From Tortispora ganteri (taxonomy: Eukaryota), in the NCBI GenBank assembly GCA_003707115.1, contig PPNB01000024.1:62001-126000 (forward strand): 64,000 bases of DNA, in the 5' to 3' direction. A program made the translations under genes and the position numbers. Below, in pieces: positions 20,777 through 32,515 of this stretch; position 1 is the stretch's first letter; each line of letters begins with the position of its first letter. Under the pieces are notes generated by a model that saw nothing but the letters and a program-made list of their open reading frames with translations, was not told the DNA's origin and did no database searches.

Positions 20777-21424
20777 TCATCGGTCTGTAGACTCTTCCGC
20801 GATGCCTGTGACATCTTCTGCGTCAGTAGTACACCATTCAATAGGAATCCAGTGCATCTCATGGGCATAGTCCACTATGTCGCGCTCATCGTACATTTCA
20901 ATCAGTTGTTGATCCATTGGCCGCGATTTCGGGTGAGAGAATCGACGGTACTCATCGAATATCATCGTAAGTGCCCAGTTCTGTAACTTCCTGATGCATC
21001 CTACAACGCATCCCGTACGGTGTTTGCCGCGATTACAGTGGATCAGCACCGGTTGATTCTCGGGTCGAATGGCCACTGCAAGTGCTGTAGTTATCGTGTC
21101 ATCAGTCACATTCACAAATGGCTCTTTGTTTCCAGACATTCCTACTTGAAACAGTTGTATTCCGTTCCTTTTGAAAAACTCCAGGTTCTCCTCAGGGTAC
21201 GGTTCGGGCACTAGCGTGAGCACGCTCTTCAAATTGAGTCGCTGTAGGAACTCAAAGTGCTCTGACCGCGGGAATGACGACCGATATATTTCGCCAACAA
21301 CAAGACTGAAGTTCTCCGGAACTATGTCCGTGTTGGCTGACCCACCGACATTCTTGCCGTCAATACCGCGTTCGGAGGTGAGAGAAACCACCACTGAGCG
21401 CTTACTCTGACCATTCAGGTCCAT
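20777..21424 (-). CDS. SIW14: Atypical dual-specificity / inositol pyrophosphate phosphatase
   Basis: PENFSLV, IYRSSFP, GNKEPF and the catalytic loop HCNRGKHRTG. Confidence 0.9.
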   Translation of the reverse strand: MDLNGQSKRSVVVSLTSERGIDGKNVGGSANTDIVPENFSLVVGEIYRSSFPRSEHFEFLQRLNLKSVLTLVPEPYPEENLEFFKRNGIQLFQVGMSGNKEPFVNVTDDTITTALAVAIRPENQPVLIHCNRGKHRTGCVVGCIRKLQNWALTMIFDEYRRFSHPKSRPMDQQLIEMYDERDIVDYAHEMHWIPIEWCTTDAEDVTGIAEESTDR

Positions 21425-21762
21425 ATTTGCTCCTCTACAAGTGATCCCAGAGAACTAATCCTTTTGTAGGACTGTTTCTCCTCGTCCTGCTGGGCCTATT
21501 TCAGGACTTATTTTGCAGAAGCTACGCCTAGAAGGTCCGTTCGGGGCAGGGGATCGTGGTTCGGTGGCTGGTGGTATGTGGAAGGTGGAAGGTGAATAGA
21601 TGAGCCAGTACTGTTTGCCCACCGCTGCCTCCACCTGCTGCCTCCTCAAACAGCACCAATATTGCCATCTATCACTACGTGCAATCAAACCATCGTGAAA
21701 TAGCCAATCGCGTGCTTTTATACACTGTTGCACACTGATAATTCTTTATGAGTATCATAAAC

Positions 21763-24018
21763 TTACATAGATGATCCGCCTCCATACTTCTTCCTCCATT
21801 CATCAACCTTAGCGTCATCGATCCGCGAAAATAGGTACCGCGCCTTGCTAATGTGATGGCCAGGTTTTATCGCCAAATCAAACGTATCAGGGATAACTCT
21901 TAGTGGCACATTAAGCTGTTCCACTATCATCTTGGATGTCTCGGGCATGTATGGGTACACAACGGCCGACAACAGATAAATCAAATTCAGCGCGAATCCG
22001 ACCACAACGTCCGCCTTCTCGCGATGGTTCGCAAATAATGAGTTGTCCAGCTTGTTCTCCTGCAAAAATTGGTTTCCGCGCGCAGACAAATGCATCATGG
22101 TCTCTAAGCCCTGTTTGATTTTGCATTTGTCCAGCTGCTCATTGTAGCTGGCTAGAATGCTGTCCACGTCCTTCTTTGTAGACTCGTATCCTTCAAATTT
22201 GCTCATATCGTAATTCGGCACAACATTCTGATACTTCGAGTTCACAAATTTGACTACGCGGTTCACAAAATTGCCAAGGTTCGCCAACAGCTCAGTGTTG
22301 TTGCGAGAAACAAACTCTTTCCAGGAGAATATCGTGTCGGCAGACTCTGGTCTAGACGCTAACAGGTAATAGCGCCATACAGACGGCGGAATGTTCGTAT
22401 CTTGGGCATTGTTTCCAAAAACTCCAACATTGCGCGATTTAGAGAATTTTCCACCTTCGTAATTCAGGTACTCAGTTGTGTCTATGTGGTGGAGCATGGT
22501 CCATTTCTGTCTCGTACCAATTTGCGAGGCAGGGAACACAACAGTGTGGAAAGGAACGTTGTCTTTACCCATAAACTGGTACAGTGTAACATTCTCGGGA
22601 TTACGCCACCATTCCTGCCACTTCTTGGTGTAGTTGGCGGTGATAGACACGTATCCTATGCAGGCGTCAAACCACACATACAGAACTTTGTTCTCATAAC
22701 CTTTTAGGGGAACAGGCGTGCCCCACTTTAAGTCACGCGTGATTCCACGAGGTTTAAGTCCTTCTTTTAGCCAGGACTCCGTGATGATTCGGCCGTTGCG
22801 CGACCAGTGGCCGAGTTCGCTCGACTTTTTGGACCATTCTTCGACCTCTTGCTGTAGCTTGTCTAATCGAAGGAACACATGCCGCGATTCGCGTGGAATA
22901 GGTGTTGCATTATCAATCTTGCAGCGAGGATTGATAAGTTCTAATGGATCTAGAAGGTTACCGCATCCATCACACTGATCGCCTCGCGCGTCGTCGTAAC
23001 CACATCGTGGGCATGTGCCTTCGACGAAACGGTCAGCGAGGAAACCCTGGTGCTTTTCGCAGAATAGCTGGATAATTGGCTTCTCTTCCATAAAGTCGTT
23101 CTTGTACAAGGATGTGAATATGTCTTGCGCGATTTCCGTCTGCTGTTCAGTGGTAGTTCTGCCGAAATAGTCAAAATCGATTTGGAACCAGTCGTACACC
23201 TGTTTGTGGATCTTGTTAAACTTGTCACAAAGTTGTCTTGGGGTCACACCCTCTTCAAGTGCTTTGGTTTCGGTAGCCGTACCGTACTCGTCAGTTCCAC
23301 AGACAAACAGGGTGTTCACTTTTCGGGCCTTCATATATCGGGCGTATACGTCGGCGGATAAGACAGATCCGATGATGTTGCCAAGGTGCGGGACATTGTT
23401 TACATAGGGAAGTGCAGAAGTGATGAGAACATTTCGCTGGCCGGGGATTGGAAGGATTTCTTTCGGGTTGGGGGGCATAGCGACGTTTTCGTCAATGCGA
23501 ACCTGGGGCACAGTAGGCACGGGGTTGTTGGCTGTCAAAGTGTTGACGGCGTTCGCCACCGGTTCAAGCGCCAACATATCGTCGAGCCAAGATTTGAGCG
23601 CGGGATATGCAGAGATGTCATTGATTTGCGCGGAAAGAGCATAGCCAGAAGCATAGAGAATGGCCTGTATGGCACCGATGGGCGGCGCTTGGACGACATT
23701 GGCTGCGCTAGCGACCAGTTCGTTAAGGTAGCTGAGACCGACACGTGGGTCGCCTTTAAGCAGTAAAGGGTATATAGCACGCTCTTCAAACTCAATGATA
23801 GACTCCGTTGAAACATCGGAAAGTGATGCAAGCAGGTACCTACATATCGCATTGCCGGTGACAAGTCTGCAAGAGTCATCGGTAAGGACAACCGCCGGGG
23901 CGTCTGTAACGAGTTTGACGTTTTCCTTTGACACATTTACTGCAATTAGAGCTTTTAGAGCATCACAGAATGTCGCAAGATCGGCCGGTGAACTGGGCAG
24001 GTCGAGTATTATAGGCAT
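21763..24018 (-). CDS. MES1: Cytosolic methionyl-tRNA synthetase
   Basis: TSALPYVNNVPHLGN, GTDEYG, zinc knuckle CPRC...GDQCDGC and KFSKS. N-terminal GST-like extension. Confidence 0.97.
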   Translation of the reverse strand: MPIILDLPSSPADLATFCDALKALIAVNVSKENVKLVTDAPAVVLTDDSCRLVTGNAICRYLLASLSDVSTESIIEFEERAIYPLLLKGDPRVGLSYLNELVASAANVVQAPPIGAIQAILYASGYALSAQINDISAYPALKSWLDDMLALEPVANAVNTLTANNPVPTVPQVRIDENVAMPPNPKEILPIPGQRNVLITSALPYVNNVPHLGNIIGSVLSADVYARYMKARKVNTLFVCGTDEYGTATETKALEEGVTPRQLCDKFNKIHKQVYDWFQIDFDYFGRTTTEQQTEIAQDIFTSLYKNDFMEEKPIIQLFCEKHQGFLADRFVEGTCPRCGYDDARGDQCDGCGNLLDPLELINPRCKIDNATPIPRESRHVFLRLDKLQQEVEEWSKKSSELGHWSRNGRIITESWLKEGLKPRGITRDLKWGTPVPLKGYENKVLYVWFDACIGYVSITANYTKKWQEWWRNPENVTLYQFMGKDNVPFHTVVFPASQIGTRQKWTMLHHIDTTEYLNYEGGKFSKSRNVGVFGNNAQDTNIPPSVWRYYLLASRPESADTIFSWKEFVSRNNTELLANLGNFVNRVVKFVNSKYQNVVPNYDMSKFEGYESTKKDVDSILASYNEQLDKCKIKQGLETMMHLSARGNQFLQENKLDNSLFANHREKADVVVGFALNLIYLLSAVVYPYMPETSKMIVEQLNVPLRVIPDTFDLAIKPGHHISKARYLFSRIDDAKVDEWRKKYGGGSSM

Positions 24019-24143
24019 ATTGCTGTAGTTGAAAAATTGGCTGCCGGCATCTAAGTGCAGAAGCGGGAGCAGGGAGTAGTGCAGGGTAACTCACAGGGCA
24101 TATTCAAGCACGCAAGAATCTTGCCCGAACGTTTTACCGGACC

Positions 24144-24566
24144 ATGGAGCAGGCCTTAGAACTCGAAGAGAATTATTATAGCGAGGGGTTCAAGGATGGG
24201 CTAGTGAAGGGCGAAGAAGAAGGGTACTTTGAGGGGCGACAACTGGGCGTAGATACAGGGTACAGACGGTACTTTGAGCTCGGTCTCATTGACGGCCGAT
24301 CAAGCGTCTGGAAGCATAACCAGGCTGGCTCATTGAGAGATCAAAAGAACCTGAATGTTATTGCAAAACTGGTCAAAGATTTACCTAAAAGCAATACAGA
24401 AAACGATGTAGATGAGTTCCTTAGACGGTTTAAGATGATCAAGGCGAAGTTCCGCAAACTGCACGAGACGATCGAGGGCGCAGATAAAGACATAGATTTC
24501 ATGAAAGACTATTTGCCCCCCGTTGTTTTTGTACCTGGATCTGAAACGACAATAGAAGCTATCTAG
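24144..24566 (+). CDS. LTO1: Lto1/ORAOV1 (Yae1 partner; Fe-S maturation adaptor for Rli1)
   Basis: Deca-GX3 motif LEENYYSEGFKDG...EGYFEGRQLGVDTGYRRYFELGLIDG. Confidence 0.8.
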   Translation: MEQALELEENYYSEGFKDGLVKGEEEGYFEGRQLGVDTGYRRYFELGLIDGRSSVWKHNQAGSLRDQKNLNVIAKLVKDLPKSNTENDVDEFLRRFKMIKAKFRKLHETIEGADKDIDFMKDYLPPVVFVPGSETTIEAI

Positions 24567-24682
24567 GCTCTAGGCTGTATAGCTGTAAGTTCTAAGCGGT
24601 TCGCCCGCTTGACAGCTGATCTACTCTTTAGTGGCCATCGACATTGGGATAGATACACAACTTGACCTTTAACACGCCCACC

Positions 24683-26935
24683 ATGGATCTGCTGGATGTG
24701 CCTATAAGGAACACAGAACCGGTGTCATTTAATGAACCAATCAGAAATTACCTAGCAGAGGTACACGAGAACGCAGCTGCATATGCTGCAGATATTGCCG
24801 AACTGCAGCTAGCCCGCGATTTGCTCGTTTCCCAAGGCGGCGTCCATCACTACAAGGCCTATGCGAAACTGCTGTTAGGCGCCATGAAAAAACTACCCCC
24901 TGATATAGGTATCAATTTCACATGGTACTCTAGTATTGGTCATTCACAAGCTCCGGTAAGATATAGCAGTCTACAATTTGAGCTTTGCAATGTTGTTTAT
25001 GACATCGCGGCGCTATACACGCAGGTACTTCCTGATTCGCACTCCCCGCTTACCGCAGACGAACTAAAATATATAGCGCAGTCACTGCAGCTCGGCGCCG
25101 GCATTTTTGAGTATGCTGCTACTATCATTTCGAAGCTCCCTTTCGTGCCGCCGTTAGAACTTGACGTATATACACTCAATACCCTCGTCGCATTATGCAA
25201 GGCACAGGCACAGGAATGTTTTTGGCGCCGCGCAGCCCTCGACAAAATGAAGAACTCTAGTATTGCTAGACTTGCTATTCAAGCCTCACTGTACTACACT
25301 GAAGCCATTGCCGCCGCTAAAAAGTCTTGCGTCATCCCAGCCGACTGGATTCATCATCTCACCGTTAAGAAGTCTCATTTCGCAGTGGCAGCGTACTACC
25401 GTCAGGCCCTCGCTCACCTTGAAAAATTGCAATACGGCGCTGAAATCTCTTTCCTGAAGAAAGCCGTCGAGCTCTCGAAAGAAGGCTCCACCAGTGCTAA
25501 GTACACCTCAAAACCGGTTTCCGACGCATTCACGGGGCTTTTGGCTAAAGTTCAATCGGATTTGACTTCAGCTGAGCGAGATAATGATATGATTTATCTA
25601 CAACAAGAACCAACCTCTATCGGTCTCATCGAACCTGCAAACATGACTGTCACTCGTCTCCCTGACGACTTATTTTCTAATTCTACTACCATGTACCATG
25701 ACCCTCTTTTTAGAACTCTTCTTCCATTTGCTGCCCGACGAGCGATAATGATATATAAGGACAGAGCAACAACTCTTGTCGAAACAAAAGTTATTGCTGC
25801 GTACTCTAATTTGAAAGCCGATATAGTAGGTTTCCTTGCCAAACTAGAATTGCCGGGATCGCTAGAGGCAGTCGAAAAGCCCCTGGGAGTACCCAGATCT
25901 ATTTTGAATCAATCTAATGAAGTGCGAGGGTCGGGTGGTATTGAAATGATTACGCGCGCCTTGAGTGATGTCACTGAGCAAGCAAAGATCTGTAACTCGA
26001 CTATTGATGAGCTGCTAAAAATGATAGATACTAAACGCGCGGCGAATCTGACGAGCGCACTTTCCTCTTCTGCTGAAAATAACAAAGTTGAAGAATCAGA
26101 AGCTGAACTAGCGTCTTTAAAAGATGAAGTTGTCGCTTATAAAGATACTTTATCCGCTGCTGCGGAGCAGGATGATATAATACAAAGGAGAATTAATCAA
26201 CATGGACCCTTAATTAGCATATTAGGGCAAACCCAAGATATCATTGCCACAACTATACCAAATGCACAGGTACTGCTGTTGGACGATAATCTGAAGAAAG
26301 CAATTTTTGATTTAAGGTCTGTGTTATCAGAGCTTTATTCTGAGTCAGCACAATGGGATAAAAGAATCCAAAATATCAAAGTCCGGCTAGAAATGGATTC
26401 TATCGAAGACGACATTAGGAAGGAAATGAGGGACTTCGAGGAGATCAAGGACTGTGTTTCATTAACCGCCGAGAGGTTCGAGCCGGTGATACAGGATAGG
26501 CTACTTCGACAGTACGATTCTGATCTTAATATTTTATCTGAATCTAAGAAGAAAGTGAATGATCTCTTTAAGGAAGTTGAGATAGCTAATCAAATTTTTC
26601 AAAATAGTCGAGCTCGCGACCAGTGGTCGATGCGGCGGTCGGAGATCATACAAAAACTGAATGAAGCTTACGCAGAGTATAACCGGCTGAAAGGATTTAT
26701 TGAACAAACGAGGAACTTCTATAATAATGCTAGTAATCATGTGAATATTTTAGCAAGGAAAGTTAAGGCATTTGTTAAGTCATTGGAGGTAGAATTTGCG
26801 GAGATGTCAGTTATTAATGAGCATCGTGCGAACGAGAATGAAGGAGAAGATATGCCTAGTATTATTTCTCCTCAGCCGAGGGCCGCGCGGGGTAAGATTT
26901 GGACAGAAGATCAGTCTATAAAGTTTCAAGAATGA
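24683..26935 (+). CDS. RIM20: BRO1/ALIX-domain pH-response protein Rim20/PalA
   Basis: Motifs FTWY, FELCNV, AQAQECFW, AERDNDMIY, LELPGSLEAVEKPLGVP and FYN, with a C-terminal W..D..IKF. First ATG at 24683. Confidence 0.88.
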   Translation: MDLLDVPIRNTEPVSFNEPIRNYLAEVHENAAAYAADIAELQLARDLLVSQGGVHHYKAYAKLLLGAMKKLPPDIGINFTWYSSIGHSQAPVRYSSLQFELCNVVYDIAALYTQVLPDSHSPLTADELKYIAQSLQLGAGIFEYAATIISKLPFVPPLELDVYTLNTLVALCKAQAQECFWRRAALDKMKNSSIARLAIQASLYYTEAIAAAKKSCVIPADWIHHLTVKKSHFAVAAYYRQALAHLEKLQYGAEISFLKKAVELSKEGSTSAKYTSKPVSDAFTGLLAKVQSDLTSAERDNDMIYLQQEPTSIGLIEPANMTVTRLPDDLFSNSTTMYHDPLFRTLLPFAARRAIMIYKDRATTLVETKVIAAYSNLKADIVGFLAKLELPGSLEAVEKPLGVPRSILNQSNEVRGSGGIEMITRALSDVTEQAKICNSTIDELLKMIDTKRAANLTSALSSSAENNKVEESEAELASLKDEVVAYKDTLSAAAEQDDIIQRRINQHGPLISILGQTQDIIATTIPNAQVLLLDDNLKKAIFDLRSVLSELYSESAQWDKRIQNIKVRLEMDSIEDDIRKEMRDFEEIKDCVSLTAERFEPVIQDRLLRQYDSDLNILSESKKKVNDLFKEVEIANQIFQNSRARDQWSMRRSEIIQKLNEAYAEYNRLKGFIEQTRNFYNNASNHVNILARKVKAFVKSLEVEFAEMSVINEHRANENEGEDMPSIISPQPRAARGKIWTEDQSIKFQE

Positions 26936-27045
26936 GCTGTTCAGTAGAACAAACACAAAAAAAATACCGAATTTCATCGTTTTCATTTGAGGAACAAAAT
27001 GGACGCAAATAGCAGATCTCTTGTGGATGAGATAAGGTTATAAAA

Positions 27046-28485
27046 TTAAGGTCGACAAACAACTGTATGATGTTCTGAGAAAGTTTTGAAAATACTCTGG
27101 ACAGTTGAGCCTATTAGGAGCGTCACACCAAAAGCGATTCCACAGTAGGCATGTATCATTGAACCTATAGGCTTTGATGAAAGTTTTATGTAACACATAG
27201 GTGGTAGAATGTATGCGAGAGTGGCAGCGGCTGTTGCGCCAATAAGTTCGAGGACTATACCTAGATTGCAAGTAGCCAATGAGACTATTACGGCAGCCAA
27301 GACGAGAGCGACGGTTGAAATGATGTGTAGTTTTTTATCGTACTGGTATCCGGGATAAAAGTAGTCTAGGAGGACTTCGCGACAGACGAATATTTCAAGT
27401 GGCATTGTGGTGAGCATATTCAAACCAAAACAGAATCTGGCTATATTTACTGGTATGCTGTCTTGTGGGTAGTTATTTAAGATATTACCCTGAGTTTTAT
27501 CGCCAAAAGGAATAAACCCGGCGAGAGCGACGACCATGCAGACGACCATGGAGAAACCTGTACTCCAGTGAGTGACGGCGAAAAAGCGATCAAGGGTCGG
27601 TTTTTTCAGGGAATCGTATATGAGGAGGGTATTATGATGACATACAAAAGCGAACGAGATGACACTTATGCCACCCATGAAGTTTGGAGTTATAGTCCAT
27701 AAAGACAATGAGAAGGAACCCTTGAGTTCAGTAGGGAGTGTGGCTGAACCGATTATGATGCATGCGACAATGATGGTCATAAACATAAGGGCGATCATGC
27801 TGACTTGAGAGAGTTTTGCAATGTGTCTGTTAAGAGACAGCGGTAAAGCGACACCAAGCGAAAACAGAAGGATAACCGGACGTCTATAGGTGAAAATGCC
27901 AAGTACTGGTACTGAGGACAGAGAGGGGAAGATAGCCGTTATGACGCCAGTAATTGTATCACCCATAATTATAGCAAAGGCAGCAGCACCACCAAATGCA
28001 AAGGCGCACTGAGCAAGAGAGATAGTCAAACGGCCCCATCTTCCGAAACAGTGCTCCACTGTGCCCTGGTACGTTGCTGTGCCGCTAAGCTTGGCATTTA
28101 CTATCATGAGCCGCAGTGTCCAGTCAATTACAAGTGTGAGCACTATCATTATAATTATTCCTGCAACAAGGCCAGATTCGCGCATAGCGTAGGGTTGACC
28201 AATAACTCCTGCACCTATAATACTATTGGCCATGTTCATGAATGCCATATGAACGGAACTCTTATCATCTGCTGTAACTAGATGTTCTATATCGACAGAC
28301 ATTGGTTGGCTCGTATATTCCTGCAATGATACAGTTGAATCTGAAACGTTATCGTCTTCTATCACAAATGAATTGGACGGCTCTTCATTCAATTCATTTA
28401 AGTTTGTAATCACATTAGTATGTTCGAAGTTTTCAGTTGACGGGCCGTCATTTCTTGCCTTGTCAAGTTTCGAATACAATGTCAT
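27046..28485 (-). CDS. AVT2: AAAP-family vacuolar amino-acid transporter
   Basis: AFMNMANSIIGAGVIGQPY, ISFAFVCHHN and TTMPLEIFVCRE; about 11 hydrophobic segments. Confidence 0.9.
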   Translation of the reverse strand: MTLYSKLDKARNDGPSTENFEHTNVITNLNELNEEPSNSFVIEDDNVSDSTVSLQEYTSQPMSVDIEHLVTADDKSSVHMAFMNMANSIIGAGVIGQPYAMRESGLVAGIIIMIVLTLVIDWTLRLMIVNAKLSGTATYQGTVEHCFGRWGRLTISLAQCAFAFGGAAAFAIIMGDTITGVITAIFPSLSSVPVLGIFTYRRPVILLFSLGVALPLSLNRHIAKLSQVSMIALMFMTIIVACIIIGSATLPTELKGSFSLSLWTITPNFMGGISVISFAFVCHHNTLLIYDSLKKPTLDRFFAVTHWSTGFSMVVCMVVALAGFIPFGDKTQGNILNNYPQDSIPVNIARFCFGLNMLTTMPLEIFVCREVLLDYFYPGYQYDKKLHIISTVALVLAAVIVSLATCNLGIVLELIGATAAATLAYILPPMCYIKLSSKPIGSMIHAYCGIAFGVTLLIGSTVQSIFKTFSEHHTVVCRP

Positions 28486-29005
28486 TCCCTGGTATACGTA
28501 AGTATGTCTATGATAGTTATGTGAGTTCCATAAATATCAAGTTAAAAACTGGAAATATCAATATAAATAAATTGAAAAAAGAAGAAAAAAAAAATCAACA
28601 ATAATAGTTGTTCGAAAGAAAATAAAAATGAAAAACAGTGCAAGACGGAATTGAAAGAAAAAAAACCTAGTATGTTTCTTTTCTCGGATTCTGGCTTTAA
28701 AATTAAAGTGTTCCGTATAGGAATAAAAACCTTAAATAAATACCTTCTCCACATTTATTCATTTCATCACCAAACTTCATTGACTTTCCAATATTAGTTA
28801 TCTAGCCTTATGAAACCAACAAGTGCGTTTCATGAGCCAAAGATTTAACAAATATGTAGGATTTTTCAAATGCAGGTTAATCTCTAGTCACATACTACAT
28901 TCCTCTTAAGGAAACAGCAGATCCTTGGCGTATCTATACATACATTTTATAAGATATATATAAATACACCGTTTTCACAGTCATTTCAGTCCACCATCAA
29001 GCAAT

Positions 29006-30229
29006 ATGATCTCCCGTATTTTCCTTTTGCTCTCCCTTGTTTCAGCGTTCCCGCTTATTTTTGAAATGGTATTTGATACTGAAGAACCGCCTTCCTCTGG
29101 GGCTCGCATTTATGCAAACCAAAATGGTACCTCGGGCGAAGTTAACCAGTACCATCGACTCAAGGCTCGTGATAATGGTAATGAAGAAGTTAATCAACTT
29201 TTCAGATTCACTGATTCTGATGACGAAGAACATGAAGAAGAAGACCGTAACATGGCACTCCCTACTCTCGATTGTGATGATGACACCTGCAGTTGGTCTG
29301 ATATCACCAATTTCATCAAAGAACACCCCGATCTTGTTAAAATTGCAATTGACACTTTGAGAGAGAACAAAGATTTTATTGAAAGCAACGGCTTACTCAA
29401 CGATGAACCTGTCAAGCGTTCAGACGAGGAAACCGATAAACAGGAACTGCTCCCCTACATGGTCGACAATACTGAAATTTACTTGCCTAGAAAGCGGTTC
29501 TCTATTGGATCTACGCAGTCAGATACCCCTGAGTTAACTCTTACGGATCTGAGCAAAATTGGATTCGATTTAGATCAAAATTTCGGTGCTAGAGTCATGT
29601 TGGATACCACCCCTGGCGCAATCCAAGGGTTCGATCAGCTCTTTCCAGGTTCTGGTGAACGCTATGTTAAAATGATTTATTTCGATTTTCCAAGTACTGC
29701 TACCCTCTCTGATGCATGCCGTGCTGACTTCACTACCTGCAGGAGCCGTTCAGACTTTTCTCAGGCTGTGAACGTCTCTGTCGTAGGCGGTCGCCTAGCT
29801 GACGGGAAAATCGTATTGGATTTCGTTCCTGGAGCAGGTACAGAATCTGAACCTGCTACTCGTGAGAATGCGCTTCTTAAAATCCAGAGCAGTCTGCTTT
29901 TTCATATTGCCACTTTGCAATTAGCTGATATATCTAAACATATATCAAACTGTGAGAATTTCCCTGAGGATGATAAACCAACCTTCTTTTTTCTCCATTC
30001 TGACATTAAGTTCACTCTTCAGGCGTTTGATGGTAGTGACCGCTTTGCAGAATACACTCTCGATACTGCTGGAATTGGTACCCATTTACGCGCTGACGGT
30101 TCTATGGACCAACTTGTTTTTGGACCAGAACCAAAGGAGAAAAGTACCGTTAACATACCAGTGAATGCTACATTGCAACTGGTACAGTTTATGAAAGCGT
30201 CCGGCAAAACTCATCCATTGGATTTTTAA
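29006..30229 (+). CDS. Putative secreted protein of unknown function with a pro-region and dibasic sites
   Basis: Signal-like MISRIFLLLSLVSA, an acidic N-half and two KR sites. TATATAAA at 28957-28964. Confidence 0.75.
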   Translation: MISRIFLLLSLVSAFPLIFEMVFDTEEPPSSGARIYANQNGTSGEVNQYHRLKARDNGNEEVNQLFRFTDSDDEEHEEEDRNMALPTLDCDDDTCSWSDITNFIKEHPDLVKIAIDTLRENKDFIESNGLLNDEPVKRSDEETDKQELLPYMVDNTEIYLPRKRFSIGSTQSDTPELTLTDLSKIGFDLDQNFGARVMLDTTPGAIQGFDQLFPGSGERYVKMIYFDFPSTATLSDACRADFTTCRSRSDFSQAVNVSVVGGRLADGKIVLDFVPGAGTESEPATRENALLKIQSSLLFHIATLQLADISKHISNCENFPEDDKPTFFFLHSDIKFTLQAFDGSDRFAEYTLDTAGIGTHLRADGSMDQLVFGPEPKEKSTVNIPVNATLQLVQFMKASGKTHPLDF

Positions 30230-30610
30230 TATGCTTGTTCTAGTTCACTAGAATATGTGCACTGCTGTATAAGATCTCCTGATCTTTGCTTTCACTTTTA
30301 CCAGGACCATCCAAATGCTTCAATCATCTCGAATATGTTGATTGCAAACACTCTATATAATTAATAGTCTGTTAGCAACATCGTTTGGTGAAGTTTGTCT
30401 ATCCGAATCGTACATCAAGTTTGCTTACATAAATATACGTAAAGACTATATATGAATTGTCTTAAAATAATCATCATAAGAACCATAACATCAAAATCCA
30501 GTTATAACCAAAAACTAAAAACCAATTTCACCAACCATTCTCAAAATCCGAGCCCAAATCAATGAACAAATCAACACAAGTCTGATCTAAAATCTTGTAT
30601 GCAAAAGAAA

Positions 30611-32515
30611 TCAACGACTAGGAGACGACGGCGCCGATAATGACCGTCCGGTCTCCTTTTTTAGGTTCGGAATATTATCCTCCAATGCTCTCTTTACTAC
30701 CTGGCAAACATCAACTCCAAAAACGTCAGTAATACTGTCATTCGGATCGAAATAGCTCAATATGCTTAAATCACCATGTTTCGTGTAAACTTCTTTTCCT
30801 GGTGAACCAAAACATACCCTTGAAATAGAATCATCAATCGTATTCTTTGACGGACTATAGTCTCGACGAGATATGGTTTCAAGGATCTGTCTCTTGCTTG
30901 GAGAAATGATCTCAAAATCATCCCTGTAAGGAGATGCAAATTGATTCCGCGCTTGCCTGCGAAATGCTGATGCTATAGACGATATATCTGATGGTGTAGG
31001 TACTGAGGTATTAGGGTCGGATGAATTCAGTCGGGCGTCACGACTAGGCGTTAATGGCTGAAAAAGTAGCGGGCCTGTAGCTGACTTGCCTGGCGAAACA
31101 CATAACGGTTTGAGAGAATTGATAAACGCAGATCTTGACTGAACAAATCTATCGAGTGGAGGTGTTCCTTCGCTTTCAGGTTCAATTATGGCTGAGTTTT
31201 GAGTTTCATAATACTCATTTTCAGAAGTACTTTTTCTTAGTTTCTTAGTAGATCTAGATTCTCCAAGGGTTTCATCATGGTTATACCCTGAAATGTCAAA
31301 ATCACTGTAGCTCGTAGCTTCATTTATCGGTGATTTCGGTAACCGTGGCGTTTTTCGCCCCGCAAGCGGTGATTCTAGTTGAGCTGAATGTGAACGCTGC
31401 GCTGTGGTTTTGAAATCACGCGATGATCGCTTCGTACAGCTTAGTGTACTAGTTGATTTCTTTCTAGAAGCCGAAATAGGAGCAGGCGTAGGCAAAGATT
31501 GTGTAGCATCAGATGTGCTAGATTTTGTAGTCATGGTTGAAGTTGAATCAGCTGATAACAAGGACGTTGCTTTGCTTGTTTCGTCTTCAGGTATGTCAGA
31601 AGAGATAAAAAATGAAGAGTTTTTTCTGGAATAGATAGCTTTAAGGAACTGCTGTTCGTGACCTGGTGCCAAGACCCAGTAGTTACCTTTGCCCGGATCA
31701 TTCTTTGGGCGTTCTTGCTTCAGGAATGACTTGTTCAAGCTTAAGTTGTGTCTTATGGAATTCTGCCAACCGGAATCGCTTTTACGGTAATAAGCGTATG
31801 ATTCATAGATCCATTTGTAAATTTGCGCCAGGGTGAGTCTCTTACTGGGCGACTGTAAAATCGCCATTCCGATCAAAGTAGCATAAGAGTAAGGCGGTTT
31901 AGAGCCATCGTCCACGAAGCGAGGTATTTCGATTTGATCATCGCTACTAGCGTTTTCTTTAGTTTTCGAGGACGGGGGTTCTACTGCAAGTTCAGCACCA
32001 GGCGCTAGTTTTGAAAACTTTTTCTGTTTATCCGGTCCCTTAGCAAAGGCTAGAGCTTTAGGCGGTTGCGAGGTTTCGGGGCTTGATGAGCCGCGGAGTT
32101 TAAGGTGCTCGTCAATGTCGCTTGAGAACGCAAAAACCGAAGAAGAAGACGGCGGTGGCGGTGGAAGGTGCACAGAATCGAGGCTGACAGTAGAAGCCCG
32201 CGCCTGATTTTGCTGAAATAGAAATATCGGATGCTGTGCTGATTTAGTTGGAGAGTTCGCAAGACTCTTCAAAGGTGAAAGACGCGCTGGGAGCAGGCCA
32301 GAGGCAAAGAGCGGGTCAGATTTTGGAGAAGGGAGACCGGAGCCTAGGTAGTCAACATCGCGGGAAATAAACGGACTTCGCAAAGAAGGATCGGTGTAAT
32401 CTTCTTCTTGCGGCAGTTCGTCGGTAGTTGGCGATTCGGGCGCTTTTGTCCATGCGTGTAAGGCCTGTGAGGAACCGTCGCGAGGTTGGGGCACAGAATC
32501 GGCGGGCACCGACAT
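30611..32515 (-). CDS. HCM1: Forkhead transcription factor (Hcm1/Sep1-like; no FHA domain seen)
   Basis: [15 protein letters not shown]...[16 protein letters not shown]...GKGNYW, with many SP/TP sites. First ATG at 32515. Confidence 0.8.
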   Translation of the reverse strand: MSVPADSVPQPRDGSSQALHAWTKAPESPTTDELPQEEDYTDPSLRSPFISRDVDYLGSGLPSPKSDPLFASGLLPARLSPLKSLANSPTKSAQHPIFLFQQNQARASTVSLDSVHLPPPPPSSSSVFAFSSDIDEHLKLRGSSSPETSQPPKALAFAKGPDKQKKFSKLAPGAELAVEPPSSKTKENASSDDQIEIPRFVDDGSKPPYSYATLIGMAILQSPSKRLTLAQIYKWIYESYAYYRKSDSGWQNSIRHNLSLNKSFLKQERPKNDPGKGNYWVLAPGHEQQFLKAIYSRKNSSFFISSDIPEDETSKATSLLSADSTSTMTTKSSTSDATQSLPTPAPISASRKKSTSTLSCTKRSSRDFKTTAQRSHSAQLESPLAGRKTPRLPKSPINEATSYSDFDISGYNHDETLGESRSTKKLRKSTSENEYYETQNSAIIEPESEGTPPLDRFVQSRSAFINSLKPLCVSPGKSATGPLLFQPLTPSRDARLNSSDPNTSVPTPSDISSIASAFRRQARNQFASPYRDDFEIISPSKRQILETISRRDYSPSKNTIDDSISRVCFGSPGKEVYTKHGDLSILSYFDPNDSITDVFGVDVCQVVKRALEDNIPNLKKETGRSLSAPSSPSR

